A stretch of DNA of 32,000 nt from Edaphobacter aggregans (GTDB taxonomy: Bacteria > Acidobacteriota > Terriglobia > Terriglobales > Acidobacteriaceae), in NCBI RefSeq assembly GCF_003945235.1, contig NZ_RSDW01000001.1:1410001-1442000 (forward strand). The letters run 5' to 3'. The number at the start of each line of letters is the position of its first letter. The first letter of the stretch is position 1. This document shows, piece after piece, positions 1-7,918 of the stretch. The translations under genes were made by a program, and so were the position numbers. The notes below the pieces were generated by a model that was not told the DNA's origin, ran no database searches, and was given only the letters and a program-made list of their open reading frames with translations.

Positions 1-1115
1 CGATAGGTCTCTTCCATCTTGAACATTTCAATAAAATGCTGGCGGCTTTTACGACCCATATCCAGCCTCAACCTCTCATCAGACATCACACGTTCCAATG
101 CGCGAGCGAGATCAACCTCATCGCCCGGAGTGAAAAGCAACCCTGTCTTCTGGTCGATAATTTGTTCCGGTATTCCACCACACCGACTGCCGACCACCGG
201 GGTCCCCGCGGCCATGGACTCCATCACTACACAGCCAAACGGCTCCGGCTGGACGGACGGTACAACAGTCACATCAAAGCCTGCGTAAAGAGGTCTCGGG
301 TCCTCCACATCACCTGTCAAGATCACATAATCATCCAACTGCAACTCATGGATGAGTTCACGCAAACGCACTAAGTGATCCTTGTTCCCCGACTCCGCGC
401 TACCGACGATTACATATCTGGAATTTGGAAATTTATCTCGGAGAAGCGCAGCCGCCTTTACCAGGACTTCCTGCCCCTTTCGTACAAACTTGATTCTTCC
501 AACCACCCCGACCAGTAGATACGAGTCACCGATACTCGATCGAAAGCTGGCTACTTCATCATCGTTAACAGTCATTGCATCTTCCCCAAGACCGTCATAA
601 ACGATTCTGCAGCGGCCTTGAAGCCCCATCGCGAACTGGTTCTGCACTGTACGAGAAATCGTGATTACCTTGGTAGAAAGCAAGCACATATAGTACTGGT
701 ATACCCTCCACACAGATGGGAACTCGGAGAGGAACTCTCGAATGTGCCACATGTGTCTTCGACCTGTCAGTTTCGCCGCAAGGGCTGGCGAAGGAAGTAC
801 CCCGGTGTTTGTGTGAACAAGATCCACGTTAAGCCGCAAAATCAACAGAGCTAGCCACAGCGTCGACAGTGGATACCTGCACAACAGCATTAGCTTGCCT
901 GCGAATGAAGCATATTGAGCCCTCTCGATAATGGCCAGCTTTTTGTGAATATGAACCTTAATACCCTTGTCTTCCAAGAGACCGACGAGCGGCCCGGTGC
1001 ATGGCACAACCACGTGTACTTCGTGCCCAGCCTTAGCAAACAGCTCCATCATCCTCAATAGGCAGCGGCTCGCTCCGTAAATATCCGCAGAGTTGTTAAC
1101 GGAAAGTATGATCAT
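1..1115 (-). CDS. Glycosyltransferase family 4 (GT-B fold). Partial: the C-terminus lies beyond the window edge.
   Basis: Absent from the ORF track because it runs off the window. Manual minus-strand translation from ATG (complement of 1113-1115) is open down to position 3. It reads MIILSVNNSADIYGASRCLLRMMELFAKAGHEVHVVVPCTGPLV...GRIKFVRKGQEVLVKAAALL...LYAGFDVTVVPSVQPEPFGCVVMESMAAGTPVVGSRCGGIPEQIIDQKTGLLF. EPFGCVVME is the GT4 E-x7-E motif. Confidence 0.8.
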   Translation of the reverse strand, partial: MIILSVNNSADIYGASRCLLRMMELFAKAGHEVHVVVPCTGPLVGLLEDKGIKVHIHKKLAIIERAQYASFAGKLMLLCRYPLSTLWLALLILRLNVDLVHTNTGVLPSPALAAKLTGRRHMWHIREFLSEFPSVWRVYQYYMCLLSTKVITISRTVQNQFAMGLQGRCRIVYDGLGEDAMTVNDDEVASFRSSIGDSYLLVGVVGRIKFVRKGQEVLVKAAALLRDKFPNSRYVIVGSAESGNKDHLVRLRELIHELQLDDYVILTGDVEDPRPLYAGFDVTVVPSVQPEPFGCVVMESMAAGTPVVGSRCGGIPEQIIDQKTGLLFTPGDEVDLARALERVMSDERLRLDMGRKSRQHFIEMFKMEETY

Positions 1116-1311
1116 CGTCGCCTTTTAGCCCTAAGCAATCAGGGGATTTGCGTATTCCCTGTACTGTCTGTCCTCAACGATGGAGCGGACTTCTAATCGT
1201 GAAGTATATGGGCTCGAAATTTCATCGTGCAATCACTCTTTGAACTCTGGACATCCTTCTTATTCCCCACGAGGCCATCCTTCCCCTTTTAGATGCATGT
1301 CTTTGCCTCCA

Positions 1312-1340
1312 TTGACAAGAGTCTTTTGCTATCGGACAAT
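1312..1340 (+). promoter_or_regulatory. Candidate sigma-70-type promoter for the epimerase gene
   Basis: TTGACA (1312-1317), a 17-nt spacer, then GACAAT (1335-1340). It lies about 85 nt upstream of ATG 1426. Pattern match only. Confidence 0.25.
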
Positions 1341-1425
1341 GCCTGTGTATTCAACTTTTCACTCAAGTTATCAGGTCGAATTTGAACCGACCTTATGAAG
1401 GTTTTCAAGCCTGGAGGGGTCAATT

Positions 1426-2403
1426 ATGGATAGAGTTGCTGTTACAGGTGGCAGCGGCTTTATCGGGACGAATCTCATTGAGTTCCTGTCCTTGCGGAGT
1501 GATATAGAAATTCTTAACTTAGATATCAAGCCACCACAAGAAGCGTCAGGTAAAAAGTACTGGACAAAATGCGATCTTCTGAATCCTGAAGATATATATA
1601 GGAACCTGCGTGAATTCCGGCCAAACAAAGTTGTACATCTTGGCGGAAGAACTGACATGCTGGGCACGACACTCCAGGATTATGCTGCAAATCACATCGG
1701 CACAGCGAATCTGATATCGGCGCTTCAGCAGATTTCGGCTGTAGAACGCGTTATATTCACCTCGACCCAGTTTGTCGTAGGTCCTGGTCCGCTCCCTCTT
1801 CACGATCTGGACTTTCGCCCCCACACTGTTTACGGGCAAAGCAAGGTTGAGTCGGAGAAGACTGTACGCGGAGCAGATCTTGATTGCATTTGGACTATCA
1901 TTCGACCGACAAATATCTGGGGGAAGGGACATCCTCGCTACCCCTATGAATTCTGGCGCGTACTAAAACAGGGCCGTTATTTCCATCCAGGCGGGAAGCG
2001 AGTTCGACGATCCTACGGGTACGTGGGGACAATCATTCAGCAGATCGACACCATCCTCAAAAGCCCCCCTGAACTCATCGATCGCGAAGTATTCTACGTT
2101 GGGGACCCGCCAATGGATTTACTTGAGTGGACCAATGCATTTGCCTTGGAACTCACAAATCACTCCGTCCATGTCGTTCCTCGGCCAATGCTCAAAGCGA
2201 TCGCAAAAATTGGAGACATCGTCGTTAGAGCCGGCGGTAAGTTCCCAATCTTCAGTTCACGGTACAGAAGCATGACGGAAGACTACGTGACGCCAATGGA
2301 AAAGACCTTTGAGCGGCTCGGCAGACCGAATATCACACTCGAACAAGGCGTAAAAGAGACAGTTGCCTGGCTCCGTACAACCGATCCATTCTGGCAACAA
2401 TGA
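1426..2403 (+). CDS. NAD-dependent epimerase/dehydratase family protein (SDR, extended)
   Basis: 325-aa ORF with N-terminal Rossmann motif VTGGSGFIGTNL and catalytic YGQSK. GGAGGGG Shine-Dalgarno sits 5 nt before the ATG. Confidence 0.85.
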   Translation: MDRVAVTGGSGFIGTNLIEFLSLRSDIEILNLDIKPPQEASGKKYWTKCDLLNPEDIYRNLREFRPNKVVHLGGRTDMLGTTLQDYAANHIGTANLISALQQISAVERVIFTSTQFVVGPGPLPLHDLDFRPHTVYGQSKVESEKTVRGADLDCIWTIIRPTNIWGKGHPRYPYEFWRVLKQGRYFHPGGKRVRRSYGYVGTIIQQIDTILKSPPELIDREVFYVGDPPMDLLEWTNAFALELTNHSVHVVPRPMLKAIAKIGDIVVRAGGKFPIFSSRYRSMTEDYVTPMEKTFERLGRPNITLEQGVKETVAWLRTTDPFWQQ

Positions 2404-2406
2404 ATC

Positions 2407-4341
2407 TTATCTCTGAACCTTCTTTGTAGCATTGGACGCAACATTGCCGCATCCGGCAGTCCCCACGAATAACGGCATCCGGAAAGAAGCAGAAGAGTTA
2501 CTTGTCACTTGCGCCATTTTTCCTGAACAGGTCTCTTGCACTTGAACCGCATACCCGCACGACGCACAATAAACGGACTCGGAGTAGAGATAGGAAGCGT
2601 TTGCATTAGAAGAACGAAACGCAACGTCAGTGGACGAGACGGCCATCGACGGATAAATCAGAGATCCTAATATTTCCGATTGGCCACCTTGTGAGGTATC
2701 TACCACTGTTCCAGTGCCTTCCGTCTTCAATCCCAAAACCCAAACACTTCCGCCTAAGTTAGTGATCTTCGTTCCGTTCCCCTCTATATTCAGTTGTCGC
2801 GCCCACAGCTGTTGACCACCTTGCACGACAAATGGCCCGGCCTCGACGTCATCCATAAACAAGTTTCCTGCACCAGGCGAGCTTGAATAATTGACGAAGC
2901 TGTCCTTCACAACGATTGGACGGCTCCCATGATGTTCAATTTTCAGGCCATAACCAAACTGTTCAATGACCAGTGGCGTAGGCGCGCTGCTGTTTACCAC
3001 AAGCCTGATACCTCCGCCGTTCGCGCCAGCCGGATCGCCATTGATCACCGAAGAAAACCCAACGACACGAGTCACTGTGTCCGGAACCGTAACCTTGGCC
3101 TCTGCGTAAGAAAAATAGGATGCAAACGGAAAGTAAATAGTAGTGGCGCCGCTATTCAACAATGCCTGCAACGATGATGTATCGCCATACCACGCAGGCT
3201 TGAATGCGGCCCACTGCAGCAGCGGATCGCTTGGCGACGGAGGTGTCTCGCTCACACTCAACTTTAGACTAGTCGACGTTGCAGAACCCGTGAGACTACG
3301 CGGCTGTCCTACAAGATACTCGGACACTGTTCCCTTCACGCTTACAGGTGTTGAGCTTGACTTATCCAGGAGCGTCGCAGAATACCCCGTCGATGTAACG
3401 TTTCTCAGGTAAAACGTGCTGCTCGATTCAATCGCAGTACGAGCCGCACTACCACCATTTAGATTCGCATCCAACAGCACTACAAAACCACCGCCGTTGT
3501 TCAAAATCGCGGGAACCGCATTGTTGCTCTGTAAACCTCGCACGACGATCGTCTGCTGCGCATTGCGAATGCCAGCTACATTTTGCTGGTTCAGAGTGAG
3601 CTCCTCAAACGTTGCGCTGTACTCCGCATTCTTCAAATCAATTCCGACATTAAAACCTTGTATCGCAACATTTTTGATCAACAACGGCCCTGCATACTGC
3701 CCCGTGAGATCGATCCCGGTCGCACCCATTCCATCTTCGCTTGTTATGTTGACGTCGCGCACAGAACCGCTGTTGTTGGAGCCATAACTTACTGCAGTTA
3801 CTCCCGGATTATCGGGACCGATACTGATCCCAATATCCCAGATATTTTGATGAAACGATGTAATTCCTTGTGGAGTTACGATCAATGGCTTCGCATGAGC
3901 CGGATCATTAAAGCCATTCGCATTAGGCGCAAGACGGATGATGCTCACAGACGAACCGGCGCCTTGCAATGTAACACAGCAGCCGATCCATCGCAGCGTA
4001 TCGCTGACCAGATAAGTCCCCGGCGGGAAATACAATGCCTTCGGCCGCCCATAATAATCCGTCGATGCATCCTGACGGCCATCTGCCAGAGCACGCTGAA
4101 TTGCGCCGGTATCATCCGTCACGCCGTCACCCACTGCGCCGTAAGTCTTCACTGAGGGCATAAAGCCATCTGGAAACACAATAGGCCCGGCAATCAGTTG
4201 GGCTCCATACGTCGACTGAGCCGAACTAGCGGCCTGAACAACTGACTGACTTCGCGCACCGTGAGTTATATGAAGTGGAGCACACCAGAGCAAAGTAAGG
4301 CCAGCCAACACTAAGACGATAGTGCGAGGGGAGGGCACCAT
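2407..4341 (-). CDS. Secreted right-handed beta-helix protein, pectate-lyase-superfamily / GH55-like glycoside hydrolase
   Basis: The ORF runs 2407-4401. Internal ATG at 4341 gives a signal-peptide-like N-terminus (MVPSPRTIVLVLAGLTLLWCAPL). VKTYGAVGDGVTDDTGAIQRALADG is the typical N-terminal signature of Pectate_lyase_3/GH55-type proteins. The protein is Gly/Asn/Ser/Val-rich and repetitive, and a second helix-like half follows. Confidence 0.6.
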   Translation of the reverse strand: MVPSPRTIVLVLAGLTLLWCAPLHITHGARSQSVVQAASSAQSTYGAQLIAGPIVFPDGFMPSVKTYGAVGDGVTDDTGAIQRALADGRQDASTDYYGRPKALYFPPGTYLVSDTLRWIGCCVTLQGAGSSVSIIRLAPNANGFNDPAHAKPLIVTPQGITSFHQNIWDIGISIGPDNPGVTAVSYGSNNSGSVRDVNITSEDGMGATGIDLTGQYAGPLLIKNVAIQGFNVGIDLKNAEYSATFEELTLNQQNVAGIRNAQQTIVVRGLQSNNAVPAILNNGGGFVVLLDANLNGGSAARTAIESSSTFYLRNVTSTGYSATLLDKSSSTPVSVKGTVSEYLVGQPRSLTGSATSTSLKLSVSETPPSPSDPLLQWAAFKPAWYGDTSSLQALLNSGATTIYFPFASYFSYAEAKVTVPDTVTRVVGFSSVINGDPAGANGGGIRLVVNSSAPTPLVIEQFGYGLKIEHHGSRPIVVKDSFVNYSSSPGAGNLFMDDVEAGPFVVQGGQQLWARQLNIEGNGTKITNLGGSVWVLGLKTEGTGTVVDTSQGGQSEILGSLIYPSMAVSSTDVAFRSSNANASYLYSESVYCASCGYAVQVQETCSGKMAQVTSNSSASFRMPLFVGTAGCGNVASNATKKVQR

Positions 4342-4643
4342 GCGACTACTCTGACACGATTCGCTTGCTTTGTATATATCGCGCGGAGCCGCACCGTACA
4401 TAACAACAGAACAAAAATCTTGCCGGACAAAATACGTTGCACTGCAGTTATATCCGTATCCACTTCAAAGGAACCCGCTTACCTTCATCTACGCAAATAC
4501 AATACCCTCCCATCATAAGCCGTTAAAACTATACATTCACTAATCAAAACAAAATATTAACCCCACTCAAATAGAATTCATCTTGAGCAAACAAACCACG
4601 AGAAGCAACCTCCTCTTATCATCACCCTTCCACGGAGCCTTGA

Positions 4644-7166
4644 ATGACCACCCGCACGACCCGCCGCCGATTCCTCACCACATCCACCGCCGCCGCAGCA
4701 GCTCTTTCTAAGCGCGCAGCTTTCGCCGCTTCCCTGCCCTCCACCCCACAGGACAACGACACCCCCTATAAGCTTTTCTTCAACCAGCCCGCCACCCAGT
4801 GGTCTGACTCCCTCCCCGTCGGCAATGGGCGCCTCGGAGCCTGCGTCTTCGGAAATCCCTCCCGCGAACGCATCCAGCTCAACGAGGATTCCATCTGGGA
4901 CGGCGAGCACCGCGACCGCAACAACCCTAAAGCAGTCGAAGCCGTCCCCAAAATCCGCGAGTTACTCTTCGCCGGCAAAGTCGCCGAAGCCGAAGCGCTC
5001 GCCCTCTCCGACATGATGTCGATCCCCCGCCGCATGCCCTGCTACCAAACCCTCGGCGACCTTCACCTCGACTTCGGCCCCATCGACACCCCAGAAAACT
5101 ACCGCCTCGAACTCAACCTCGACACTGCCATCGCCACCACAACCTTCACCCACAACGGCACCCGCTACACCCGCGAAGTCTTCAGCTCCTTCCCCGACCA
5201 GGTCATCGTCATCCGTCTCACCTCCAGCACTCCGGGCAAGCTGAACCTCATCGCGACCCTCGACCGCCCCGCGCACTTCGCCACTGCAGCCATCGCTTCC
5301 AATCGCCTCACACTCTCAGGCGAAGCCCTTCCCGTCAACGACAACCCCGGCCTCCCCATCAAAGAGCGCCAAGTCGGCATCCGGTACTATGCCGAACTCC
5401 TCGCCCTCACCGACCTAACCGGAGCCGTCACCACAAAAGACGCCACCCTTACCATCTCCAACGCCACCACCGCTACCCTTTTCATCGACTGCACCACCAG
5501 CTACCGCTACCCCACAGGCGAGCAAGCGATGCAATCAGCCGTAGCCAAAAACCTCACCGCCGCCCGCGTCCGCACCTACGCTGACCTTCGCAGCCGCCAC
5601 ATCGCCGACCACCAGCGTCTCTTCCGCCGCGCCGAGATCTCCTTTTTAGCCCCGGGAGAAAAAGACCCCAACTCCGCCACCCCAACCGACAAGCGTGTCC
5701 AGTGCATTAAAAACGGCGGCGAAGACATCCATCTCCTTCCCATCTACTTTCAATACGGCCGCTACATGCTCATCTCCAGCTCCCGCCCCGGAACTCTCGC
5801 CTCCAACCTGCAGGGCATCTGGAACGAATCCGTCGATCCGCCCTGGGGCTCCAAGTACACCATCAATATCAATACTGAAATGAACTATTGGCTGGCCAAC
5901 CGCGCCAACCTCGCCGACCTCAACGACCCACTCTTCGACCTCATTGAGAACACCCGCCCATCCGGAACCATCACAGCCCAGCGCTACTACAAAGCTCGCG
6001 GCACCGTCATCCACCACAACACCGACATCTGGGGCGACACCTCCCCCATCGACGCGCTAGGCGGAGGCATCTGGCCCATGGGAGGCGCCTGGCTGTCCCT
6101 CCACCTCTGGGACCACTTCGACTACACCCACGACATCGCCTTCCTTCGTGACCGCGCCTACCCACGCCTCCGCGACAACGCCCTCTTCCTCCTCGACTAC
6201 CTCATCCCCGCCCCAGCCGGAAGCCCCTACGCAGGCCATCTCATCACCGGCCCCTCCTGCTCCCCCGAAAACAAATACAAACTCCCCGACGGCTCCCCTC
6301 ACAACCTCTGCATGGGCCCCACCATTGACATCGAGATCACCCGCGCCGTCCTCACTTGTCTCCTTCAGGCGGCCGAAGTCTTCGACCCCTCCGTCTTGAC
6401 CTCCGACACCGACCTCCACACCCGAGCCCGTACCGCCCTCACCAAACTCCCACCCTTCAAGATCGGCAAAGCCGGCAACCTGCAGGAGTGGCCCGAAGAC
6501 TACGTAGAAAACGAGCCCGGCCACCGCCACATCTCACACCTTTTCGCGCTCTTTCCCGACGACCAGATTACCCCACGCCGCACCCCTGAGTTCGCTCAAG
6601 CGTGCCGCACTACCCTCGATCGGCGCCTGGCCGCCAACGGAGGCAGCACCGGCTGGTCCCGCTCCTGGATCATCAACTGCATGGCCCGCCTCGAAGACGG
6701 CGACGCCGCTTACCAGAACGTCCTCCAGCTCTTCCGCCAATCCACCCGCTCTAACCTCTTCGACGTCTGTGGCCTCCAGAAGAATGCCCCCTTTCAGGTC
6801 GACGGCAATCTCGGTGGCCCCACTGGTCTCATCGAAATGCTCCTCCAATCTCACGCCAACAGCACAAACCCAAACCTGAACGTAGTCCGTTTCCTTCCCG
6901 CGCTCCCCGCTGCGTGGCCCACCGGGACCTTCCGCGGTCTTTGCGCCCGAGGCGCTCTGGAGATCGACCTCGCATGGCACGACGGCAAAGCTACCAAGGC
7001 AGTCCTCAAAGCCACAAGCACCCACACTCACCGCTTAGCCGCCCCCAAAGGTCAGACAATCACATCCATCACCCCACCCGGTTCCAAGCCTGTCCCCGCC
7101 GACGCCGCCGACGAGATCTCCCTACCCATCAAAACCGGCGAGGCCTTCATTATTAACTTCGCATAA
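4644..7166 (+). CDS. Glycoside hydrolase family 95 (alpha-L-fucosidase family), TAT-exported
   Basis: 840-aa ORF with twin-arginine leader MTTRTTRRRFLTTSTAAAAAL. Family-typical blocks are present: WSDSLPVGNGRLGA, NLQGIWN, YTININTEMNYW, QVDGNLGGPTGLIEMLLQSH. GGAG lies 8 nt before the ATG. Confidence 0.85.
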   Translation: MTTRTTRRRFLTTSTAAAAALSKRAAFAASLPSTPQDNDTPYKLFFNQPATQWSDSLPVGNGRLGACVFGNPSRERIQLNEDSIWDGEHRDRNNPKAVEAVPKIRELLFAGKVAEAEALALSDMMSIPRRMPCYQTLGDLHLDFGPIDTPENYRLELNLDTAIATTTFTHNGTRYTREVFSSFPDQVIVIRLTSSTPGKLNLIATLDRPAHFATAAIASNRLTLSGEALPVNDNPGLPIKERQVGIRYYAELLALTDLTGAVTTKDATLTISNATTATLFIDCTTSYRYPTGEQAMQSAVAKNLTAARVRTYADLRSRHIADHQRLFRRAEISFLAPGEKDPNSATPTDKRVQCIKNGGEDIHLLPIYFQYGRYMLISSSRPGTLASNLQGIWNESVDPPWGSKYTININTEMNYWLANRANLADLNDPLFDLIENTRPSGTITAQRYYKARGTVIHHNTDIWGDTSPIDALGGGIWPMGGAWLSLHLWDHFDYTHDIAFLRDRAYPRLRDNALFLLDYLIPAPAGSPYAGHLITGPSCSPENKYKLPDGSPHNLCMGPTIDIEITRAVLTCLLQAAEVFDPSVLTSDTDLHTRARTALTKLPPFKIGKAGNLQEWPEDYVENEPGHRHISHLFALFPDDQITPRRTPEFAQACRTTLDRRLAANGGSTGWSRSWIINCMARLEDGDAAYQNVLQLFRQSTRSNLFDVCGLQKNAPFQVDGNLGGPTGLIEMLLQSHANSTNPNLNVVRFLPALPAAWPTGTFRGLCARGALEIDLAWHDGKATKAVLKATSTHTHRLAAPKGQTITSITPPGSKPVPADAADEISLPIKTGEAFIINFA

Positions 7167-7251
7167 CGCAGCGCAAACCAGAGAAAACAAATACACATAC
7201 CCCCTGAGACCCTTGACACCTCTGATAAACTAAATCTAATGAAGCAAAGAG

Positions 7252-7283
7252 AAGCCCGGCGCAAACCGGGCTTTTCCATTTTC
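7252..7283 (+). terminator. Rho-independent terminator after the GH95 gene (possibly bidirectional)
   Basis: Perfect 8-bp stem AAGCCCGG (7252-7259) / CCGGGCTT (7266-7273) with loop CGCAAA, followed by TTCCATTTTCTG. Confidence 0.6.
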
Positions 7284-7372
7284 TGCAAAGTCAAAGGAGG
7301 AAGTCCAGACCTAAGTCATTTATTTTTAGGACTTTGAGGCGTCGTGTAAGGGGAGGGATTCATCCGACAGAA

Positions 7373-7669
7373 TCAAAGTGGATCTGGCCAAACTGTGATC
7401 CGTGCAGAAAGCGATTCCAAAAGATGCTTCGTATATAAGCCGGTCGCTACAAACTTTGCTCCATCTCTGATCATCATCAAAAGAACCTGCTCGCCATCTT
7501 TGTCGATAGAAGTAACCTCATTGAGATCGACAACACAACTCTGAGATGCGGAGGAATGTCGATTCGCTCGCCAGTTTGTGATCAGCTCATCGATGGATGA
7601 TCCTGTCAGCCGGCCTTGAAGAACCCAACGTTGCTCGGATGTCGTCTCGGTAACCGTGATTCGTAGCAT
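7373..7669 (-). CDS. Small STAS-domain-like protein (anti-sigma-antagonist fold)
   Basis: The ORF runs 7373-7687 and its first codon is TTG. The first ATG, at 7669, has AAGGAA 8 nt upstream. The sequence MLRITVTETTSEQRWVLQGRLTGSSIDELITNW...CVVDLNEVTSIDKDGEQVLLMM follows the STAS pattern (L-G-x-L ... VxDLsxVxxiDxxG). Confidence 0.55.
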   Translation of the reverse strand: MLRITVTETTSEQRWVLQGRLTGSSIDELITNWRANRHSSASQSCVVDLNEVTSIDKDGEQVLLMMIRDGAKFVATGLYTKHLLESLSARITVWPDPL

Positions 7670-7777
7670 GTTGCCTGTTCCTTGCAATCCGACATGTTGA
7701 TGTATCTCCTAGGGACAGAGCCTATTTCCTCTCTTCCTTTCCGTCTCAAGGATCACGTCTGCGATTATCTAGTGGCG

Positions 7778-7793
7778 TGCAATCGACATGCCT
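7778..7793 (-). promoter_or_regulatory. Sigma-54 (-24/-12) promoter candidate facing the STAS gene
   Basis: The minus strand reads AGGCATGTCGATTGCA against consensus TGGCACG-N4-TTGCW. GG and GC have the exact GG-N10-GC spacing. It lies about 100 nt upstream of ATG 7669. Confidence 0.55.
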
Positions 7794-7885
7794 AACGTGA
7801 AGCCATTTTCTCGGTGGCTAACTTTTGAAAAAAACGTAGAGCTTGATGAAATCCGTAGGGACACGTTCGCAAAGATGCTTATAGA

Positions 7886-7910
7886 TTGGCAGTGTGCCAA
7901 ACCGTTGGCA
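7886..7910. promoter_or_regulatory. Candidate enhancer (UAS) palindrome for the sigma-54 activator
   Basis: TTGGCAGTGTGCCAA (7886-7900) is a perfect 6+6 inverted repeat with a 3-nt spacer. An extra TTGGCA half-site lies at 7905-7910. The site is about 100 nt upstream of the minus-strand -24 element. Confidence 0.35.
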
Positions 7911-7918
7911 TCAAGCAA

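Noticed and set aside
4578-7294. There are many 60-165-aa ORFs in other frames and on the opposite strand across the GH95 gene, for example 6057-6530(-), 6534-7031(-) and 4962-5276(-).
   Set aside because: Their products are low-complexity (Ala/Gly/Pro/Ser/Val/Arg-rich) and lie entirely inside a well-supported 840-aa gene. These are typical stop-poor alternative frames of GC-rich coding DNA.
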